Of a stretch of 13,495 nt of DNA, positions 9,150-13,495 are shown in pieces. The DNA is taken from contig JBHGNT010000947.1 of assembly GCA_043228905.1 (NCBI GenBank), positions 1-13,495 on the forward strand, read 5' to 3'. The number at the start of each line of letters is the position of its first letter. Position 1 is the first letter of the stretch. A program made the position numbers and the translations under genes. The notes under the pieces were generated by a model, which worked only from the letters and a program-made list of their open reading frames with translations, made no database searches and had not been told where the DNA came from. This stretch comes from Azolla caroliniana. Its lineage: Eukaryota; Plantae; Polypodiophyta.

Positions 9150-9689
9150 TTTCTTTTTTCTTTTTTTTCTTTTTTTCTTCAAAGATTTTCCTCATTAGTA
9201 TTAAAAAAAACATGTGAATGCTACAACTTAAGCTTATGTGCCCAAAAGCTTACAATTTTCATGTACAATGATATACGATAATCCTAAGACCAAAGCTAGA
9301 ACTTTGTAAAAGGTAAAAATAATAATAATTAGTTATTTTATTTTTTGCATTATGCCATGCTTCATTGTTAATCAAGAAAGGGTCCAAGGAAGTTGATAGT
9401 TCCATTGAGGCCCTTGAGTTAACTCAGAGAATAGGGGTAACTTTTTCCATAAGTGAAGGAGCTTCTTCTTTCTCTTGTTCACAGTCTCTGGTGAACCCTG
9501 CATGTTGTCATACTTGCCGCGGACTACTGCCACCAAGTTCTCCCATATCTCACGCAAGTCATCTGAGAGACACTGATATGTCGCATCATAACGTTATTAT
9601 AGTCATTGTTTTCCATATCTTGGCAAATCGCACCTGCTTTTGAGGTTGTTGAAAGGGGATGACCAATATCAATCTTCTATTTTGTACCA
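9150..9689 (-). mobile_element. LINE insertion G: 5'-truncated, 540 bp, with a perfect 13 bp TSD
   Basis: TATGATGCATATC at 9137-9149 and 9690-9702. T-rich tail at 9150-9179. ORF 9372-9557(-) reads EIWENLVAVVRGKYDNMQGSPETVNKRKKKLLHLWKKLPLFSELTQGPQWNYQLPW and aligns with C and E. Upstream is KIWKTMTIITL*. Confidence 0.88.
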
Positions 9690-10155
9690 TATGATGCATA
9701 TCATTTAATCTAATGTCATGTGAAGAAACTCGATGAGGGAGTTTAAGTAAATTATGTATGTTGTTTGTGTTAAATTTTAATATATGGGGAAGAGTGAGAG
9801 AGAGTTGATACCAAGGAGTGACTTAAAGAATAATAGAGATTGGAATATCATTAGAGTATAAAGTAGTTGTACCATATGATTATATGACCAAGTTAGAGGG
9901 CAATTGAAAATGGATGGTGGTTTAGTGATGCAAAGCTTCAAATATCTTGGTACTAATGTCCCATTGACAAATACATAGAATGTATGCTATGCGTTTACGC
10001 TTCGAATAGGTTGGAATAGTTATTATGTGTTTGAGAATGAATGCAACCGAAGTGATACTCAAGGATAGAAGGCGAGGTTGACGGTCTTCAATGTTATGGT
10101 GGTCCAAGTGTTCCTTTTATAGAGTGGAAGTGTTGGGTGGCACTGTCCGACGTAG

Positions 10156-11118
10156 TGCACGAAATAAAATAGAGAAATTTCTAAAAAGCCCTTACATGGA
10201 GAATTCAGAGTCAAATCCTCCACGCCTTACTTTGTCATGATATGAAAAAGAGCCATGTAAATCCATAGAGGTGCTAATCACGCAAAGAGTACGGAAGTAT
10301 ATCATAAAAGACAATAATATGTATGATCACATATTGCCGAAACAAGCTTGGAAGATAGGATGCAAGATATAAAAACCTAGTTTTTGGAAAAAAATAAATA
10401 TAAAAACCTAATAAACACAAGTCTAACTCCCTCACACAAGTTAGATGTTGATATTGTACCATGGCATCATCATCCTAGTACTTGTTTGGAGGTAGTATGA
10501 TGTGGCTAGATACATTTTGGCATTTTTGCCTTGTATCAAGGCCAACGTTGGGGGTTAACATTGGCAATATAAAATTCCAAATTTGTCTTTTTAGCATCCT
10601 TAGTGCCTCTAGTATTGTATCATCCATGGCATCATCACCCTAGTACTTGTTTGGAGGTAGTTTGATGTGGCTAGATACATTTTGGCCTTTTTGCCTTGTA
10701 TCAAGGCTAACATTGGGGGTTAACATTTGCATTATGATATTCCAAAATTTTCTTTTTAGCATCCTTAGTGCCTCTAGTATTGTATCACATAGTTCATAGC
10801 ATTGCCCAAGAGCTCCGATAGATCTTTTACTCCCCGCCTTTGAAATGATTTCATGATGTCAATCACCCAATCAAGTGAGAGAAATTGGCTCAAAATAGGC
10901 TTTCATATTTTGCATCTTGTCTTCCTATCTTGTTTTGGCAATATGCAATCATGCATATTCTTGACATTTGTGATATACTTATGTGTCTTTGTGTGACTAG
11001 CACCTCAATGGGTAGAGCAACTATTTCTAATAGCATGATAGGTTAAGACGTGGAGGATTTAACTCAAAATTGTCTGTGTAAAAGCAATTTTTGGATTTTC
11101 TCCATTTCAGTCCATGCA
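10156..11118. mobile_element. Fold-back, non-autonomous TIR-like element with long inverted arms (~10156-10385 and ~10890-11118)
   Basis: Reverse-complement anchors lie on one antidiagonal: AAATCCTCCACG 10213-10224 vs 11049-11060, GAGGTGCTA 10268-10276 vs 10998-11006, CATATTGCC 10330-10338 vs 10937-10945. Similarity is continuous between anchors (roughly 70-80% by eye). No TSD found; superfamily unassigned. Confidence 0.7.
10459..10787 (+). repeat. 165 bp tandem duplication, two copies
   Basis: 10459-10622 vs 10624-10787, both starting CCATGGCATCATCA and ending CTCTAGTATTGTATCA. About 11 mismatches. Confidence 0.95.
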
Positions 11119-11244
11119 ATGACAAAGTTTATTCTCCCATTAGTACCCATACCTCCTATGGATAAAATTAAAGGGTTCATGGCTAGATGTTGAAAAATGC
11201 AATATTAATATTCCAATGGGATTAACACACATTTTGTGTACAGG

Positions 11245-11481
11245 TTGCTACAACTCTCGTCATGGTTTCAAGAACATGGTAAAATGTTTCGGGTAGCCTA
11301 TGAAGAAATGCTTATTTACTTCAATCGACTACATTATGGGGAGGCAATTTGAACCATCTGGATGGTCTGCAACTGTAATGTCTTTGATCAAGACCAAATG
11401 CATTCTTGGCATTGAGTGTTTCCAAGAACTTGTATCCACTTGGAACATGGTACATTTCTTGTTAAGGGTTACAACCAATAA
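11245..11481 (+). pseudogene. Possible LINE ORF2 C-terminal fragment H from a different subfamily
   Basis: 11341-11391 encodes EAI*TIWMVCNCNVFDQ, resembling the plant LINE W-x-I-W-x-x-R-N-x-x-V-F motif, within a ~78-codon frame with two internal stops. No tail or TSD found. Confidence 0.4.
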
Positions 11482-11811
11482 TATAAAGGCTTACTAAAAA
11501 GGGTGTTAGGCAATGGCACCATGAACAACAATAACCTTGAGTGATATAAGAACTCTCACTAGTGGAAAAGAGGGCAAATGCATGCAATAGCACCACTTGC
11601 ACCATGAACTGAGTTAAGTGAGTAACTAACTAAGTCGGAGATAAACTCAATTGCAAAAACGTATGGTCTATTATGGACATAATTGCAATCAAATTGTTAA
11701 CTAGCAAGACTATGATGCTAAAGGGTTTTCAATTCATGATGTTTTAGTTAGTGGTTTAAATTGTTTCTAACCCATCACTATATCTAATATATACATTATG
11801 TGGATACATGT

Positions 11812-12487
11812 TTTTTTTTTTCCCAGAAAACACTACTTCGCATTAGTTAGCAAATAGAATACAACTGAATTTGCCCGAATCTATAGTGGGATCAACATAG
11901 ACAACTCGGAGGAACAACTCCAAAACTATCAAACAAAAACAACAAAAACTCACACAGCCCTTAACTCCAACAAAACTGAAATAAACCCCATTTTACCCCG
12001 ACTCTACTTCTCCCAACTAACTCTTTTATAACAAAGTTATCCAGGTAACATGACTATATTAACCCACTTGTGCTTCAACTACACATACATAATTACAACG
12101 CATGTACAATATTGGTAGCCATCGGCGAAAACAACCACCTAGGCACCTAGTAATTCCACTTAGGCCTCGATGAAGATTTGACCATCATGGGAGAACCACC
12201 CCATTTCAGCAAGAACTTTGACCTTTGCCCTTTTTGTTTCATTCAATTCCCCCTGACTCACGTCATACTATTCGCACAACCAAGCCACAAAGCTCAAACC
12301 AGATATTTAACATCACCTCCCTACATGAGAGCGTTTGCTGCTGAAAAACAAACTTACATCACCTGATCCAGATGTGCCAGACTGATAAACACACCACCAT
12401 AAGCCAAATCTCCTCAAAAATTTCAGAATTTTTGCCAGGTCTCACCCCATCACATTAGAAGACGTTACCACCCTGCACTATAAATCC
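11812..12487 (-). mobile_element. LINE insertion I: 5'-truncated, with poly(A) and 14 bp TSD
   Basis: ATGTGGATACA(T/A)GT at 11798-11811 and 12488-12501. T11 at 11811-11821 and tail motif CTACTTCGCATTAGTTAG. Minus strand encodes EIWLMVVCLSVWHIWIR*CKFVFQQQTLSCREVMLNIWFEL, then through two frameshifts KFLLKWGGSPMMVKSSSRPKWNY*VPRWLFSP. Confidence 0.9.
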
Positions 12488-13495
12488 ATGTGGATACAAG
12501 TGTTAGTTAACTAAATCTCTATGTGTTGAGTTTTTGTTTTTATATCCACATTGATCAATTTTAACTTTCTCTAATTCCACCTAATGCCATATATATCTCA
12601 AAAGATGCGCCATTGAACTTCAAAAAAATATACATTACAAAGAGAGATATTCCCCTTCAATTTTCAAAAAGAAGAAGAAAATACGACATTCAAGAATCAT
12701 TTATCAAAATAATTTCTCGAATCTCGCACCACATATCCCTATGTTTTTTCGCAATTTTGATTGATATGTGCGTGCGTGCCTTCCTCTCTCTTGATTCTCT
12801 AAAGTGGGCGTCGACAAGTTGGTTGGAAAAAGAGAAACAATAGTTCATAATGCTAGGATCATGACACATGTTGAGCTTGGAATGGAGAGTGTGGACAAGT
12901 AGAGGCCAATAAGTATTGTGTGAGTGTGGCATAGAAAGAGAGATATTCATGTACAATGCTACAACATAATCAACACATACATCCCCATGTGTGACATTTT
13001 CTACTTGACCTTATGTCTTTGATATTATGATAATGATACGTTGGTTGTATTGATGTATATTGATACAGTGCATTCTTTACAAAGGAGAGAGGGTTATGGC
13101 AAATCATAAGCATTATGGTTAGCGAGGAATTAAAAAAGTTTTATATTGACATCATGTGGGATCATAGGTAGATTTATATATGCCCACGTCTCTAATTCTC
13201 CACCTTTGGATTAGCATGAGAGCATTATAATAAAAGATGTAAATTACCAACGATTGAAATCAACCCATTCGATGAATCATGGTTCATTTGTAGAAGAGAA
13301 TGGAAGGGACCGTGATACATCTATTAGTTAACAATCTATTCATTTCAAAATAGTTTTATCTACATTTAGATATCATTTATTGAGAGCACCAACAAAAAGC
13401 TCGTTTGTCCTTCAAAGGTAAAGCAAGCACACTAGAACCCCAAATGGGATATCGGCCTTCGAAAATAGAAATTATCTTTAAGATTATCACAACAT

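Noticed and set aside
9365-9643. 92 aa plus-strand ORF
   Set aside because: Antisense to the LINE G ORF2 fragment.
11134-11145. CTCCCATTAGTA as another LINE tail
   Set aside because: Only about 10 bp match, with no adjacent poly(T) and no TSD.
12613-12956. Overlapping 76 aa (+) and 88 aa (-) ORFs
   Set aside because: No recognisable motif or gene structure. A BLASTx hit would be needed to support them.

Overview
AT-rich eukaryotic DNA, consistent with a land-plant nuclear genome, with no intact protein-coding or RNA gene that I can support. It is a layered transposon graveyard with four components. (1) About nine 5'-truncated LINE (L1-like) insertions on both strands, six with visible target-site duplications (TSDs). 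Most carry divergent copies of one ORF2 C-terminal segment ending W-x-Y-x-x-P-R-W-L-F-P. Five share a 3' terminal motif, (C/T)TAACTAATG..GAA..(A)n. One LINE is clearly nested antisense inside another, and a second nesting is probable. (2) Degenerate Ty3/gypsy remnants: a probable gag with zinc knuckles, and RNase H-integrase. (3) A ~960 bp fold-back element with ~230 bp inverted arms around a 165 bp tandem duplication. (4) Small repeats. I found no convincing novel multi-gene system. The best leads are the LINE C-terminal domain and the 3'UTR tail and hairpin architecture. All alignments were done by eye.
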